A DNA stretch of 63,574 bases, filler included, from 8 parts of 8 records of this genome joined end to end with filler, not necessarily neighbours in it; one strand, 5' to 3'; numbered from the whole stretch's first letter, positions 45,084 through 56,147 are shown. Notes: generated from the letters alone by a model not told the origin. Translations and numbers: made by a program.

Positions 45084-45507
45084 CAGTATTGAGCTTCTGG
45101 CCTTTCTCAACATTGAAGGCATCCTGGATAAGCGTTCGGATCTCATTGCGGGATCCTTCAGACCAATCGAGGATACATTCATCAATAAGCTCTTTGGCAA
45201 CCTGCAGGCGCTCATCGAAGGTGATAGAATCCTGGATCGCAATAAGAACCCGGTACCGGCCATCAAAGCTATTGAGCGTGATATTGCCTTTCTTCCCGCC
45301 ATGCTTCAGTCCATACTGCTGCGCAGAAAGATCAATAAAAGCTCTTACAGTATCCATTGTATCGCGTTTGAATTGAGCGATTTCTCCGGATTTGGTCTTT
45401 GATTTCTCGACGATCTCATTCACCAGATCATGGCGTAATAGATCAACTTCCTTTATCTGGTCCTTAGGGACCAGACGTCCTTTCGCATCAGTTAAGTAAT
45501 CTTTCAT
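45084..45507 (-). CDS. DUF3164-family Mu-like phage protein, truncated
   Basis: DAKGRLVP, GGKKGNITLNSFDG, FDERLQVAKELIDEC. Confidence 0.85.
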
Positions 45508-45572
45508 TTCGTTATGCTCCTTGTCTCTTTTTCATCCGGCTTAACCAGCCGTGGATTTTACGTAGATCATTG

Positions 45573-45995
45573 CTATTGCAAAATTTCAGAGAAGACCTGT
45601 TCATATTCCTTAAAAAACCCATCTAAGCGTGCTTTCCATTGTTCTCCCAGGACTTCCTTCGCCTTTTCTTCCAGGCGATAGACCATTTGCTCCTGTGAGG
45701 TGTGTTGAGTCTTTTTAGGATCAACAATAAACGTTTTAACCGGTGTAAACCCGGCTCGCTTAAAAAGGTCCAGGACTTTCTCAAGCTGGCTCTCATCCAA
45801 ATGACTGCAGGAGCGGTGGCCAGTTAATTGTTCCAGGGAACGTCGGTACCGATCCTCACTCATGGGAATTGAATCTTTACAACCGCATCCACATTGTTCT
45901 TTGGTATCAGGGACCAGTGATCCGCATGCTACGCATTCGCAAGTGTGGGAACGGGCTACATGGATGAGCTGAATGAGTTTTTTACTTCTGTCCAT
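45573..45995 (-). CDS. GemA/gp16 (DUF1018)-like protein with Cys-rich insertion
   Basis: LIQLIHVA..MSEDRYR..LTGHRSCSHL..LEKVLD..GF; C-terminus probably frameshifted at the A-run ~45612. Confidence 0.7.
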   Translation of the reverse strand: MDRSKKLIQLIHVARSHTCECVACGSLVPDTKEQCGCGCKDSIPMSEDRYRRSLEQLTGHRSCSHLDESQLEKVLDLFKRAGFTPVKTFIVDPKKTQHTSQEQMVYRLEEKAKEVLGEQWKARLDGFFKEYEQVFSEILQ

Positions 45996-46449
45996 GTTTT
46001 CTCTCCGTTGTAGGCCGGATGATGATCGAAGGATCAACTAACCGGTACATTCTTTTATCGTGGTTCTTATACTTTCGAGGAACGAGTTCCACATATCCAA
46101 GTTTGATATAATGCCGAATCAAGTACTTCACATATTCTTTACTGCAACCCGTATAGAGAGCTGTCTGATGGGAAGTGAAGGTTGTTTCGCATCGCCAGTA
46201 ATTCCAGATACGGTCTGCCGTATCTCCAGGGACTGGGGCATCATGAGTATATAAGTAACCTTCATCAGTCACTTCCACATGCCCCTGTGCTCGTAGATTC
46301 GAAATAGCTGTATAAATCCGTTTTCTTGTTTTTTTATCGTTACCAAAAACACTAAATATTTCTTCTCTGGAAACGACACGGTTCTTGGTTTTTAGAAAAA
46401 TGCGGATTTGTTTACTGAATACACCGGTTCGAAAGATTACGTCTGTCAT
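45982..46449 (-). CDS. Winged-helix-like phage protein (separate gene, artefactually fused to MuB in the ORF track)
   Basis: Own GGAGG SD and ATGA overlap at 46446-46449. Confidence 0.65.
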   Translation of the reverse strand: MTDVIFRTGVFSKQIRIFLKTKNRVVSREEIFSVFGNDKKTRKRIYTAISNLRAQGHVEVTDEGYLYTHDAPVPGDTADRIWNYWRCETTFTSHQTALYTGCSKEYVKYLIRHYIKLGYVELVPRKYKNHDKRMYRLVDPSIIIRPTTERKHGQK

Positions 46450-47340
46450 ATTTTGCTGATAACCTCCGGAGTGACAGCGCCGATCCCTGAAGAGTTCAGG
46501 ACTTTTACATATAGCCATGGCATCGCTTACTACCAGCCGGAAATCTCCTCTGGAGCGTAAAAGCAGCTCTTCACAGACATCTGGTCGATTGGAGATCATT
46601 ATTCCTATGGCTTGCTCATAAAAGAGAGCAATGTCTATTTTTGAGACTTTGCTGAAGTTAACAATAGGTTTGCGGACTCGGCTCAATCGCCTGGGTTCTT
46701 CAGCCATCCGCTGGTAAAGCATTTCTTCTCCGACTAAGAGGAGGGGAAGGTCGCAGCGTTCATTTAAACCGCGAAGCATTTCCAGGAGTTTTGTCGGCAT
46801 TTTGTCTGCTTCATCAATGATTACCAGACGTCTTACCATCCTGGTTGCTTCCCGGATCAGATCAACATTCTTTTCAAATGTTCGGTTTTTAATGCCAGTT
46901 AGCTCATAGGAAATTTGTCTGGCGAGCATGGTATGAGTATACCCATCCACAAATAGGACATATGCAGCATCACGATTTGTACTGATATAGTGTTTTGCCG
47001 ATGCTGTTTTCCCTCGGCCTGCTGTACCTTTCACTAGGCCGATTGATGAAGTGAGATTAGGATTATCCATCAGGTCACTTGCTAATTCAAAGAATGATTT
47101 CACATTCGGAGTTGAGATGAAGGTAGTATGATCAACCCGGAATTTCCTGATTAGCTCAAGTTGGATATTGACGCCTTTTTTAGAAAGGGTCTCGATAATC
47201 TCATGTTCCTTTTGCTCCCATCCTTTGTAGTCTCGTTTCAGGATCCGGCTGATAAGTGATTTATCAACACCCGCGATCCTGGCCGCTTCTGATTGACTCA
47301 GTGCTGCCTGTTCTAGGACAGCCGCCAACTTACCGTTCAT
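46446..47340 (-). CDS. MuB-like AAA+ transposition protein with N-terminal HTH
   Basis: GTAGRGKT, LVIIDEAD, LLVGEE; removing one A at ~46504 gives ..CKVLNSSGIGAVTPEVISKI*. Confidence 0.85.
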
Positions 47341-49472
47341 ATATTTCCTCCCATAACTTTGTAGGTATCCCAGTACCGCTTATCTTCATCTGACATCGAT
47401 GCTTCATATAGTTGGGAAAAATCAGAATCCTGAGCGGTTAGGGCATACCCTTTGATGATGCTATCCAAGCACCATTTATATCGATCAGCCGGGGAAGCCC
47501 AGGCTGCCGGTCGCATTTGAAATACGTTCTCATTACTTGTTTCTTTTCGTTTTGTAACAGCATCTGTTAACTGCTGTTGAGTCATTTTTGGTTGTTGTTT
47601 TTCCTGATTATCTGAAGCATCGGTTAGGCGCTTCTTAGCTTCAGTTTTTACAACAATACCTTTGATTCTGCCTGTGAGATGTCGGTAAGCAGCAGTGACT
47701 GCTTGCATCTGTTTTTTCTTCCAGGCCATAGCTTCTTTGAGGTGTTTGTCATTGAGCATGTGATAGACCCTGGCTTTGAATAATGGCCGTATAGATCCAT
47801 CAGGAGTTACAGCGAATGTTTTCTTTGGGTCATAGGGGTTGTAACGAATCTCAATTGGCTTACCTTCAAAATGGTTGATGCCGATAGCAGGATCGATCAG
47901 ACCATCAGAGCCAACCTGCAGATCTTCACCTTTATAAGGAATACCATCTATGAGCACCTGGCCTTTGGTGACCTTTCTCCTGATACGGTTCAGGAAGATG
48001 AAATCACATTCAGTTTCGTTGATAAAAACCGGTCTCCATCCGGCCTTGTATTTCTGCATGAGCTTTTCAGTAGGACTCATACCTAAGCTGCTATGCTTGC
48101 GTTTCTCATAAGTCTCAAGGGCTTTGATTGTCTTTACGATGAATTCTGAATAGGTAAGTAGAAACCCCTGTTTCTCCTGGGATTTTAATCGCATTGTGGC
48201 TAGTTCTTCTTCAGCTGCAGTACCGTGGAGATCCTTTATTTTTCCAGGGAGAGCCATATCGGTAAGGATCTGTTCGAGAGTCCTGAAGAAACGTTCGATC
48301 GGTTTCGCCTTTGCGTTCTTTACTTTGGCGAAAATTCGACGGTTTTGTTTCTTCCATTCAAAAGAAGTCTTAGTAAGTGAAACGATATTTCCATCATCAT
48401 CAGTTACCGCATAACCGCCTTGAGTTTTGTACAGGTCCGAGATATCAGCATTATCCATTCCATATGCCTGGATATCGGAAATAATTTCATTGATTGCTTT
48501 TGAAAGTTCTGGTTTTCCATTATCGTTATAGGTGCATTCAAAGCGGCCAAATCGCTTCATGCCCATATACAGTGCCATCTTGACAGTTGAGGAATTGTAT
48601 TTCTTATCGAAAGCTATTCCATAAGGTAGCCTGGTTGCCATATCAATCCAGAGATAGCATTCCGGACGGATAAGCTTCCCGTTATCATCGGTTACCCACC
48701 AATCAAAAATATGCTGGTCTCCCACGACAATCTGCATAGGCCGCAGTGCATCTAGATCCCGCAGCACATAGAAGTGATTGTCCAGTGCTCTCAGTCCACC
48801 TTTAGCATATGACTCCAAGAGCGGAACCATAGAACTGAGGTGTTCATATGCAGAGGATCTGCCGCCTATTTTCCAGCCGTATTTTTCAGCTTCTATCTGC
48901 AAGGCTTTATAAGCTGTTAATTTCGTACATGCACCAACTTCTTTAATTGCTTTCAAGTAGTAGCCTTTAAGCCATGTAATTGCTTCTTCATCCCAACTTG
49001 ATAATGAACGAAGGGTTTGAGTTGATTGCTGATTGCCAAGTTGCTCAGCTTCCCTGCAGATCCTATAGACTGATTGGGCTGATGTGCCATACATAGAGGC
49101 GACAGCATTTACCCAGTCGACCTTTTTCATATGAATGGGTTTATTTGCTACTTTCTGATAGATTGCGAATTTCCTTTTCTGTTTTTCCGCCTTCCCACCG
49201 GTCAGGTTCTCCATCCCCATTGTGATGCTTCTAGAAGTAGCTGCCAGTTGTGCCCCAGGGGATAGTTCATGTAGTACTGTCGGGAGAATAGAAGTATCTG
49301 GATGTTGGTTGATATATCGGACTTGAATGCTTTCCGGAAGAGAGGATAACGGGATCATGTATCCCCGACCATCCCGGATAGCCTGCAATTCATTTGACTG
49401 GATCTTTTGTTGTACGCTGCGGGCTGTCAGCTCCATGAGTGAAGCAACTTCCGCGGTCTTCAAATAGATCAT
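47337..49472 (-). CDS. MuA-like DDE transposase
   Basis: VGDQHIFD, YNDNGK, AKAKPIERFF; GGAGG SD before MIYLKT. Confidence 0.92.
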   Translation of the reverse strand: MIYLKTAEVASLMELTARSVQQKIQSNELQAIRDGRGYMIPLSSLPESIQVRYINQHPDTSILPTVLHELSPGAQLAATSRSITMGMENLTGGKAEKQKRKFAIYQKVANKPIHMKKVDWVNAVASMYGTSAQSVYRICREAEQLGNQQSTQTLRSLSSWDEEAITWLKGYYLKAIKEVGACTKLTAYKALQIEAEKYGWKIGGRSSAYEHLSSMVPLLESYAKGGLRALDNHFYVLRDLDALRPMQIVVGDQHIFDWWVTDDNGKLIRPECYLWIDMATRLPYGIAFDKKYNSSTVKMALYMGMKRFGRFECTYNDNGKPELSKAINEIISDIQAYGMDNADISDLYKTQGGYAVTDDDGNIVSLTKTSFEWKKQNRRIFAKVKNAKAKPIERFFRTLEQILTDMALPGKIKDLHGTAAEEELATMRLKSQEKQGFLLTYSEFIVKTIKALETYEKRKHSSLGMSPTEKLMQKYKAGWRPVFINETECDFIFLNRIRRKVTKGQVLIDGIPYKGEDLQVGSDGLIDPAIGINHFEGKPIEIRYNPYDPKKTFAVTPDGSIRPLFKARVYHMLNDKHLKEAMAWKKKQMQAVTAAYRHLTGRIKGIVVKTEAKKRLTDASDNQEKQQPKMTQQQLTDAVTKRKETSNENVFQMRPAAWASPADRYKWCLDSIIKGYALTAQDSDFSQLYEASMSDEDKRYWDTYKVMGGNI

Positions 49473-49562
49473 CCGACGGCCTCCTTTGTTAATCTCTCTA
49501 TGAAAGGGTAAAAACTCATTTTTCTTGTTTACCCTTTTTATGAGAGTTGATAGAATTTTCAT

Positions 49563-49973
49563 ATGAAGAACTTTGAAATGGATTATTACCAGATTCTGGA
49601 AGCGTTTGATTCTTTTGTTGAGGAATTCGTTTTTCCTGATTATGAATTGGAGAAGTACAACATTCTGACAGATTTTGGAAAGTTACGTCCTCAGGATCGT
49701 GTCCATCTTCGGGCAGATCATTATCAGGATGTATCTGAGATTGCAAAGAGATGTTGCTATTTTGTGTTTTTTGAAGGGAGTCCTTTTCCAACCCTTGCAG
49801 AGGTGTCTCAGACGGTTCGCCTTGGACTTTACGACCGTGTAATGATGATAAAATCATTTTTCTTAAGTCAGATAAAACTTGAGAAGGTTGTTCAATTTTC
49901 GGATGAACGACACCTTCAGGCTTTTTTCTGTGGATGCCTTGAGTTGAATTCGGAGGAATCGAAAAACAATTAG
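49563..49973 (+). CDS. Hypothetical protein antisense to the early operon
   Basis: 136-codon ORF with globular composition; overlaps a low-complexity minus-strand ORF. Confidence 0.45.
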   Translation: MKNFEMDYYQILEAFDSFVEEFVFPDYELEKYNILTDFGKLRPQDRVHLRADHYQDVSEIAKRCCYFVFFEGSPFPTLAEVSQTVRLGLYDRVMMIKSFFLSQIKLEKVVQFSDERHLQAFFCGCLELNSEESKNN

Positions 49974-49997
49974 TTGATTTCATATAAGTTACCTGCT

Positions 49998-50291
49998 TTA
50001 TAAAGATTCGATTGATATGAGACACCACTGATTTGCGCCTATATCACATATTGGATATGCCAGGCAGATGGAACAAAACTGCAGCCTGGTTCGTATGACC
50101 GTTTCTTTAACACCGGTTATCCGTGCTATCTCCTTGACAGTAATTGTGTCGGGGTAATAGGGGAGCGAATTGACAATTAATTCATCTGCGCTATCAAGAT
50201 TTACTTTTTTGCGGACAAGCTGCTTTCCATGGCGACCATTCAAATGTTCTACATTGGATCCACTTGGTTCAAGATTTATAACATCACTCAT
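49998..50291 (-). CDS. Small HTH-like phage protein
   Basis: ITVKEIARITGVKETVIRTRL; GGAGG SD. Confidence 0.6.
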   Translation of the reverse strand: MSDVINLEPSGSNVEHLNGRHGKQLVRKKVNLDSADELIVNSLPYYPDTITVKEIARITGVKETVIRTRLQFCSICLAYPICDIGANQWCLISIESL

Positions 50292-50299
50292 AATGCCTC

Positions 50300-50674
50300 C
50301 TACCAGATCACTACTTGCCCGTGGTAGGGTAAGCCATATTTTGGGCCTAGCTGATTAGCCAGTGAAGTAATTGATCGATACCCACATTTGTGTGCCAGCA
50401 ATCTTGCTGCTCGTTTGGTCAGGACTTTTCCTTCAAGTTCCATGTATACTGATCTGAACCGTCTGCCCTGTTTTAGGGAGAAGGGTATAGATTTCTTCAC
50501 TCTAACTGCACGTGTGATTACAGCCTCAGCTTTCCAAGGATGTGTGGTATGCAGCCTGATAGATTGACTGGGGATAATAGGACCGGCGGCCATATGGGTG
50601 ATTGCTTTATTTGTTAATCCGAAGGATATACGCCACCATGCACGACTTGGGTACCAGATATTTGCTCTACTCAT
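50300..50674 (-). CDS. Hypothetical protein, weakly ASCH/PUA-like
   Basis: A..GY.S..L...Y..P.HGQVVIW C-terminus. Confidence 0.45.
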   Translation of the reverse strand: MSRANIWYPSRAWWRISFGLTNKAITHMAAGPIIPSQSIRLHTTHPWKAEAVITRAVRVKKSIPFSLKQGRRFRSVYMELEGKVLTKRAARLLAHKCGYRSITSLANQLGPKYGLPYHGQVVIW

Positions 50675-50677
50675 GAA

Positions 50678-51058
50678 TTACTTACCTCCCTGAAGATCTT
50701 CAAATGCCTGAATGATGTTTTGTATACTCACTAAGGCCATTGGAGTGTCGTCTTTTCTTGAGGCTGAAATCAAAGTGAAACCGCAATCTTCAGTTAGTTC
50801 TGGCAATGAATTAAGTTCAAGATAGGCTTGAGGAAGTGAAAGGTTCGGACGTGTCATATCAATGATAATCCCTGATCCATATTTCAGTCCGGATATGAAA
50901 GGAACCATACTTCCAACTGGAAGTTTAGATTTTACAAATGAATGGAATTCTTCCAGTACATCTTCAAGGTCATCTAATTCTTCTTTCACATCCAATATTC
51001 CGTCATATGATCCGGATTCATTGAACATCTCAATGTTGATATTTCTTGGTTTGCTCAT
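50678..51058 (-). CDS. Hypothetical phage protein
   Basis: AGGAG SD, tightly packed in operon. Confidence 0.55.
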   Translation of the reverse strand: MSKPRNINIEMFNESGSYDGILDVKEELDDLEDVLEEFHSFVKSKLPVGSMVPFISGLKYGSGIIIDMTRPNLSLPQAYLELNSLPELTEDCGFTLISASRKDDTPMALVSIQNIIQAFEDLQGGK

Positions 51059-51068
51059 GCCTATTCTC

Positions 51069-51389
51069 CTATGCACCGAGTTTCCGGAGAAACTGGTTGT
51101 TCGAATTGTTAAATACCTGTTCTGCCTTTTTCAGATCATCCCAGCTTTTGTAGTTGAGCATCTTTGCGATGAAGTCCTGCAATTCCTTGGAGTTGCGTTT
51201 TCCCCATATGACCTTGGATACCATGTCGAAATGACAGTCATAGTGATCAGCGATTTTACGCATGGATATACCACGACGGGAAAGCAACCAGGTAATGAAG
51301 GAACCTTGGGCGACATTCTTAGAAATGGTGGGAGCATGGGTTGTAATTACCTTGCTCTCATCTTTGACGGCAATCGGAAGTGAGTTCAT
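51069..51389 (-). CDS. Ner-like HTH regulator
   Basis: RRGISMRKIADHY..VSKVIWGKRNS..IAKML. Confidence 0.7.
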   Translation of the reverse strand: MNSLPIAVKDESKVITTHAPTISKNVAQGSFITWLLSRRGISMRKIADHYDCHFDMVSKVIWGKRNSKELQDFIAKMLNYKSWDDLKKAEQVFNNSNNQFLRKLGA

Positions 51390-52183
51390 TAGCTATCTCC
51401 TTTTGGATAAAGTTTTCCCATGGTCACCTGGGTGTGCATTTCCTGGAGTCGTTTGGCCATGTTTTCGATAAGTCGAATTTGTGTTTCCCGGCTCGGGAAG
51501 GTGTTGATGTATTCTTCTATGCGATAGAACATCCAGATCTGGTCTCGTTCAATAACAGATGGTTCCAGAAATTCTTTGTTGCGTTGCTGACAGTTATAAT
51601 AGGCAAGCACTTCCTCATTTCCCATGTTGGTGGGATCGGGGGATCCAGTTGTTGGTAATCCCTGGAAGTAGTCTGCCGGCAGCCTGTTGGGATCAATCAT
51701 CTCACCTTGAGCAACCTGATGCTGCTGATAGAGCTTGTCAGTGAACTTGTCCCAGTCTTCTGGTTTTACCCCTGTTGATTCATACTCTTGGATAAGCTGC
51801 TTGTGGTAATCTTCTTTCTGCTGTTTAAGGATTTTCTTCCTAGCCAGGAGTTCTTCAGACTCCAAGAGACGTTGTTCTTCAGGGATGAATCGTTCGAGCC
51901 ATAAATTTGCCGTTCTCTTGGTTATACCTATTGATTGGCAATAACTAGCCCATGTATAGGTGTTAACTGGGAAATTTTTCCCGGTTGATATACGATTTTC
52001 ATTCGGGTTTCCAGATGACGATAAGATATTTCGAGCGAGGTATAATTCCTCAACAATCTCTACAGTCAGATGTTTCCACTTATATACAGTTTGAGCCATG
52101 GTTTTCACAGACTCGTCAAAATCCCATGATTCCATACGTTTGGCATAGTTTTTTGAAATAAGAGCTTTGTTATCTTGCCCCAT
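51389..52183 (-). CDS. Hypothetical phage protein, first gene of the early operon
   Basis: GGAGG SD; TWASYCQSIGITKRTANLW HTH-like segment. Confidence 0.65.
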   Translation of the reverse strand: MGQDNKALISKNYAKRMESWDFDESVKTMAQTVYKWKHLTVEIVEELYLARNILSSSGNPNENRISTGKNFPVNTYTWASYCQSIGITKRTANLWLERFIPEEQRLLESEELLARKKILKQQKEDYHKQLIQEYESTGVKPEDWDKFTDKLYQQHQVAQGEMIDPNRLPADYFQGLPTTGSPDPTNMGNEEVLAYYNCQQRNKEFLEPSVIERDQIWMFYRIEEYINTFPSRETQIRLIENMAKRLQEMHTQVTMGKLYPKGDS

Positions 52184-52244
52184 AAAACTCGCTGTCCTCC
52201 TCTTGTGTGCTGAATATTTCAGGCTTATACTGTCGATATGTCGA

Positions 52245-52308
52245 CTAGATATTTCTAATAGTAATCCAAAATATCTAGCGTGTCAATAATAAAGCTAGAA
52301 ATTTCTAG
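52245..52308. promoter_or_regulatory. Phage early promoter and three repressor operators
   Basis: Minus strand TTGACA(52281-86)-17-TACTAT; CTAGATATTTCTAA, TCCAAAATATCTAG and perfect CTAGAAATTTCTAG; divergent ATG at 52324. Confidence 0.7.
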
Positions 52309-52449
52309 TTTGTGGGAGTTTTTATGATTTGGCCGGAAATTCTCGGTGANNNNNNNNNNNNNNNNNNNNNNNNNNNNNNNNNNNNNNNNNNNNTTAATTA
52401 ATTAANNNNNNNNNNNNNNNNNNNNNNNNNNNNNNNNNNNNNNNNNNNN

Positions 52450-52994
52450 TGGTTGATTATGTAGATTCAAAGGGTGAAGCGAGAAAAATGTATGGGATGG
52501 ATCGCAAATCCTTTTCTATTCTGGTGATGGGGTTCAGTGGGGAGAAAGCTCTTCAGTGGAAGATCAAATTCTACGATGCGTTCGAGGCTATGGAACGAAT
52601 TCTTCTCCGACAGATGAACGAATCATGGAAGTCGGCCCGAGTTGAAGGAAAGGGTTGCCGGAGTGATCTCACCGACTCAATCAAAAAGGTTGTCGATCTG
52701 GCAGAGTCCCAGGGAAGCAATAATGCGCATCGGTATTACACCACGTTCACAAAGCTGATTTACTCCAAGCTGTTCGGTCTGAAAAAGGTACCTGATGGAT
52801 TCCGTGACTCTTTGGATGACGCCTCTCTCAAGCGGCTTCGGATTATCGAAACACAAGTTTCTCTGTGGATCGATGACGTTGTGGTCTCAATCTCTGATTA
52901 TCACGATGTTTACAAAGTGGTGAAAGAGAAGATTGATTCACTGATTTTGCTGGTAGGTGCTCCCGATCAGCAAGGGGTGATTGCGGCCGCATGA
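52450..52994 (+). CDS. Rha-family phage regulatory protein, 5'-truncated
   Basis: YVDSKGEARKMYGMDRKSFSILVMGFSGEKALQWKIKFYDAFEAME. Confidence 0.9.
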
Positions 52995-53133
52995 TGGAAG
53001 AGGGGCCGAGTCCGAAAATTGAGATCCTCAGACCCGGCTCGACGGAAAACATGGGCGAGGGATCTTCCGGTTTAAACTTATGGGTCCGGAAGATCCCCGC
53101 TGAACATCAAAATGGTACAGGAGGCAAAGACGC

Positions 53134-55684
53134 ATGGCAAGAGAACATTTCAAAACACCACTGTCACTTGAGTATTTTGACAAGACGGGACTCTCATCAA
53201 GGATAGGTGGGCCTCAAAAAGATTGGCACATGATCGTTATCAAAGAGTTGGTCGATAATGGCTTGGATTCAGCAGAGGGGCTAAAGGAATCTTTCCCTCA
53301 AATAGAAATCACTGTCGATGAAAACGGTACTCTTTCGGTTCGGGACAACGGTGATGGTATCCCCGCCAGTGTTATCAATGGAACGTTGGATTTTTCCCAT
53401 AAGATTTCCAGCAAGGACGGGTATGTCCTCCCCTCTCGTGGTAAGTGGGGCCATGGCCTCAAGTTTCCTTTTGCCGTCCCCCTGGTGTGTGGGGCACCAG
53501 AAAATCGAGTTGATATTCACTCTCATGGTCTCAAGCATGAAATTCGTCTTGAGATGAACGTCAATGGGACCCCAAAAATCTATGACCCAGTGACCACAGA
53601 GTCTGAGTTTGCAAAAAGTGGAAGTTTTTTTGAATTTCATGAGTTTTTGAAACATGTATTCAAACCAGAAAAAAATCTTTATTTTTTGCAAATCTGATAG
53701 AAATGGTTCGGCTGTTTTCCGCTTGTAATCCTCATGCTCGTTTTTCAGGGAGCATTTGCGGAAAAGATTTTTTATTCGACAGAAAGGGGCCGTTTAAGAA
53801 GTGGGATCCGGGGAAATTGGTGATTGAGTGGTACGCGGAGAGAGACTTTAAAAAATTACTGCAATCCGCCAACCGTAACCAGGGGAACGTTTCTCTTAAC
53901 AAATTCATTAGGGCATTTTCTGGATTCACTGATACTGGAATTTGTAAACGACTTTGTGAATTCATTGACCTCAAATCACAAGACGGTATCGAGGCGCTTC
54001 TTGAATCGAAAATGAAGCGGCAATGGCTTTTAGGTGAAATGAAAGAACTTAGAGAGGACAAAGAGATAAAGCCTCACCGCCTCGGTTTCCTTGATGAAGA
54101 TCACATGATTGATACTTGGGGTGTTCCCGGTGCAAGGATCAAGCATAAAAAGGGGAGCGGGAGGTCTGGCGATTTACCATACACCATGGACGTTTTCTTC
54201 ATGGAGCATGCGGAAATATCATATCAAAGGCCGTCAATCCTACTCAATCACAGTGCTTTGGTTAATGGATCTCTCGTTGAGTGGGATGACTTGACAGAAG
54301 GATGTTTGTTTGAGCAACGGGATCACTTCGATATTTTAGTTCATGTCTGCACACCTATGGATCTTTTTCTGTCAGCCGGAAAAAATAAGCTCTACCTTCC
54401 CGACAAAGGCATGGAAAATCTTCTCGGCAAGATGATCCAACAGGCTTCAACTGAGTGGACAAAATGCAAGCGGCAAATATTGAAAGGAGAGAGCCCCATA
54501 CGGAAGAAAAAAGCAACGACTCCCCAAAAAAAGCAAACCATAAAAGCCGTTGCTTTCGAGGTGATGGAGTGGGCCTACATGGACGTTTCGGAGAATAACA
54601 CCCTCCCTGCTAAAGCAAGACAGATCATGTATAAGGCTCGAAAAAAGATCATTGAGATCACGGGTAATCCAAAACCATGGGCTAAAGACTCCACTTTTAC
54701 CCAAGGGTACCTACCTGAGTTTATGGAAACGTTCCCGGAGCTGACGAAAGATTGGCAGGTTGTTTATGACAATAGGGGGCACTTGCTCGAACCATGGGGA
54801 AGTATCTTTGAGGTTGGGACACTTTCCATAGATGAATATATAGACGGGTTTGCTGCACCCTCGATCTCTCCCGGTGGCGATCTGCTTCCCCCTTCGGTAT
54901 CCCCTGCTAACATTTCCCTACACGGCCATGAAGCCCAATATCAGTTCGTCCTTTACATTGAAAAAGAAGGATTCTTCCCCTTGTTCGACGCCGTGAAACT
55001 ACGCCAGAGGTACGACATAGCGATCATAAGCAATAAAGGATATGCGGTAACATCAGCCAAGAAGTTTTTTGAAAAGGTATCTCCAAATGGCGTGACGATC
55101 CTGGTGGTTCACGACTTTGATAAAGATGGTCTGAATATTTCCCATACTATTGAGAATGACTCGAAACGGTATGCGTATAAAGTAAAACCCCGTGTCATCG
55201 ATATTGGATTCCGGCTTGAAGATATCCTTCACTTGGATGGTGAGGAAGTCCCCTATTCAAAGAAAAAATTCAAGAAAGATCCCCGAATCGCCATGATGAA
55301 AAAAGGTGTGACCGAGGATGAAGCAAACTATCTTGTTAGGGAAAAAAGGATGGCGCTTGGCATGGTCGTCGTGTCGAATTGAACGAGATGGGGTCACGGG
55401 AGTTTATCGACTTCTTGGAACGAAAGTTTGAAGAGCATGGGGTCAGGAAGGTTGTTCCAGACAATCAGGTGCTTTCATCGACCTATGAAGCGATAGCCAG
55501 GGCAAAGAAAAAACAGGCTTATCTTGAAGATATCGTCAAGTCCGTAATACCTGACATCGAGGCCAAGCTCTCTTCATTTGATGGGGTAGAGGTTGATGTT
55601 CCTGAAAACCTCCATGACATCGTTGCGGATAGGATAGATGGACAGCCGGTCAACTGGATATCAGCATTGAGAGAAATTGCATAA
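53134..55684 (+). CDS. Type IIB topoisomerase with fused B and A parts (topoisomerase VIII-like), split into three ORFs by two apparent homopolymer frameshifts
   Basis: KELVDNGLDS, DNGDGI, SRGKWGHGLK (GHKL); NPHA; ARQIMY (WHD catalytic Tyr candidate); IEKEGF and HDFDKDG (Toprim); RVELNEM restored across the second shift. Confidence 0.8.
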
Positions 55685-55854
55685 CCACCCTGCCCGGTAA
55701 CGATCCGGGCGTCACATATGGAGTAATCATCATGACAGCACAACTTCGAGTAATCGAATCACCACCGGCACCACTCGGGGCGATATAACGATGTTACCAC
55801 ACAATAGCGCGTTTAAGTATCTGATTTTTATCATAAAAGTTTTCTTGCACGCCA

Positions 55855-55897
55855 TTGTATTAATTATATTCATAATGTATAGTAATAGTTATGAATA
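55855..55897 (+). promoter_or_regulatory. Putative promoter with overlapping inverted repeat
   Basis: TTGTAT-17-TATAGT; TATTCATAA-N13-TTATGAATA. Confidence 0.5.
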
Positions 55898-55934
55898 GTA
55901 ATCATAACAATCACGCGATATCGGGGAGGACGAT

Positions 55935-56147
55935 ATGAAAATACTAGAAGCACCGGAAGAACACTGGGCAGCAGCAGCCCTACGGAAACAGCCCATCCCG
56001 AGTGTCGCAAGGGCACTCAACGTATCAACAAACTATCTCAGGTGTGTGTTAAACGGCACGCATAATCCGTCAAAATCTTTGGATGAGAGAATTGAGAAGT
56101 TGGTTAACGAATTGTCAAGTGATGCTTCCGAAAGACCGGCGGCATGA
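55935..56147 (+). CDS. Small Cro/XRE-like HTH protein
   Basis: VARALNVSTNYLRCVLNGTHNPS; GGAGG SD. Confidence 0.75.
   Translation: MKILEAPEEHWAAAALRKQPIPSVARALNVSTNYLRCVLNGTHNPSKSLDERIEKLVNELSSDASERPAA

Larger units (their letters stand above)
45084..52349 (-). mobile_element. Mu-like transposable prophage, early region
   Basis: Ner-like HTH, MuA, MuB, GemA-like and DUF3164 genes in Mu-like order. Confidence 0.9.

Noticed and set aside
45982-47340. 452-aa MuB-wHTH fusion
   Set aside because: Removing one A restores a stop that overlaps a separate SD-preceded ATG at 46449
52991-53206. 71-aa ORF between rha and the topoisomerase
   Set aside because: Runs through a strong hairpin (53059-53097), overlaps the topoisomerase start out of frame and has no recognisable motif
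53134-55684. Three separate genes (GHKL ATPase, Toprim protein, small protein) as a novel defence triad
   Set aside because: Reading frames join across homopolymer runs (..FANLIEMVRLF.. and ..GAWHGRRVELNEM..) into one Topo VIII-like polypeptide; read-level confirmation is still needed
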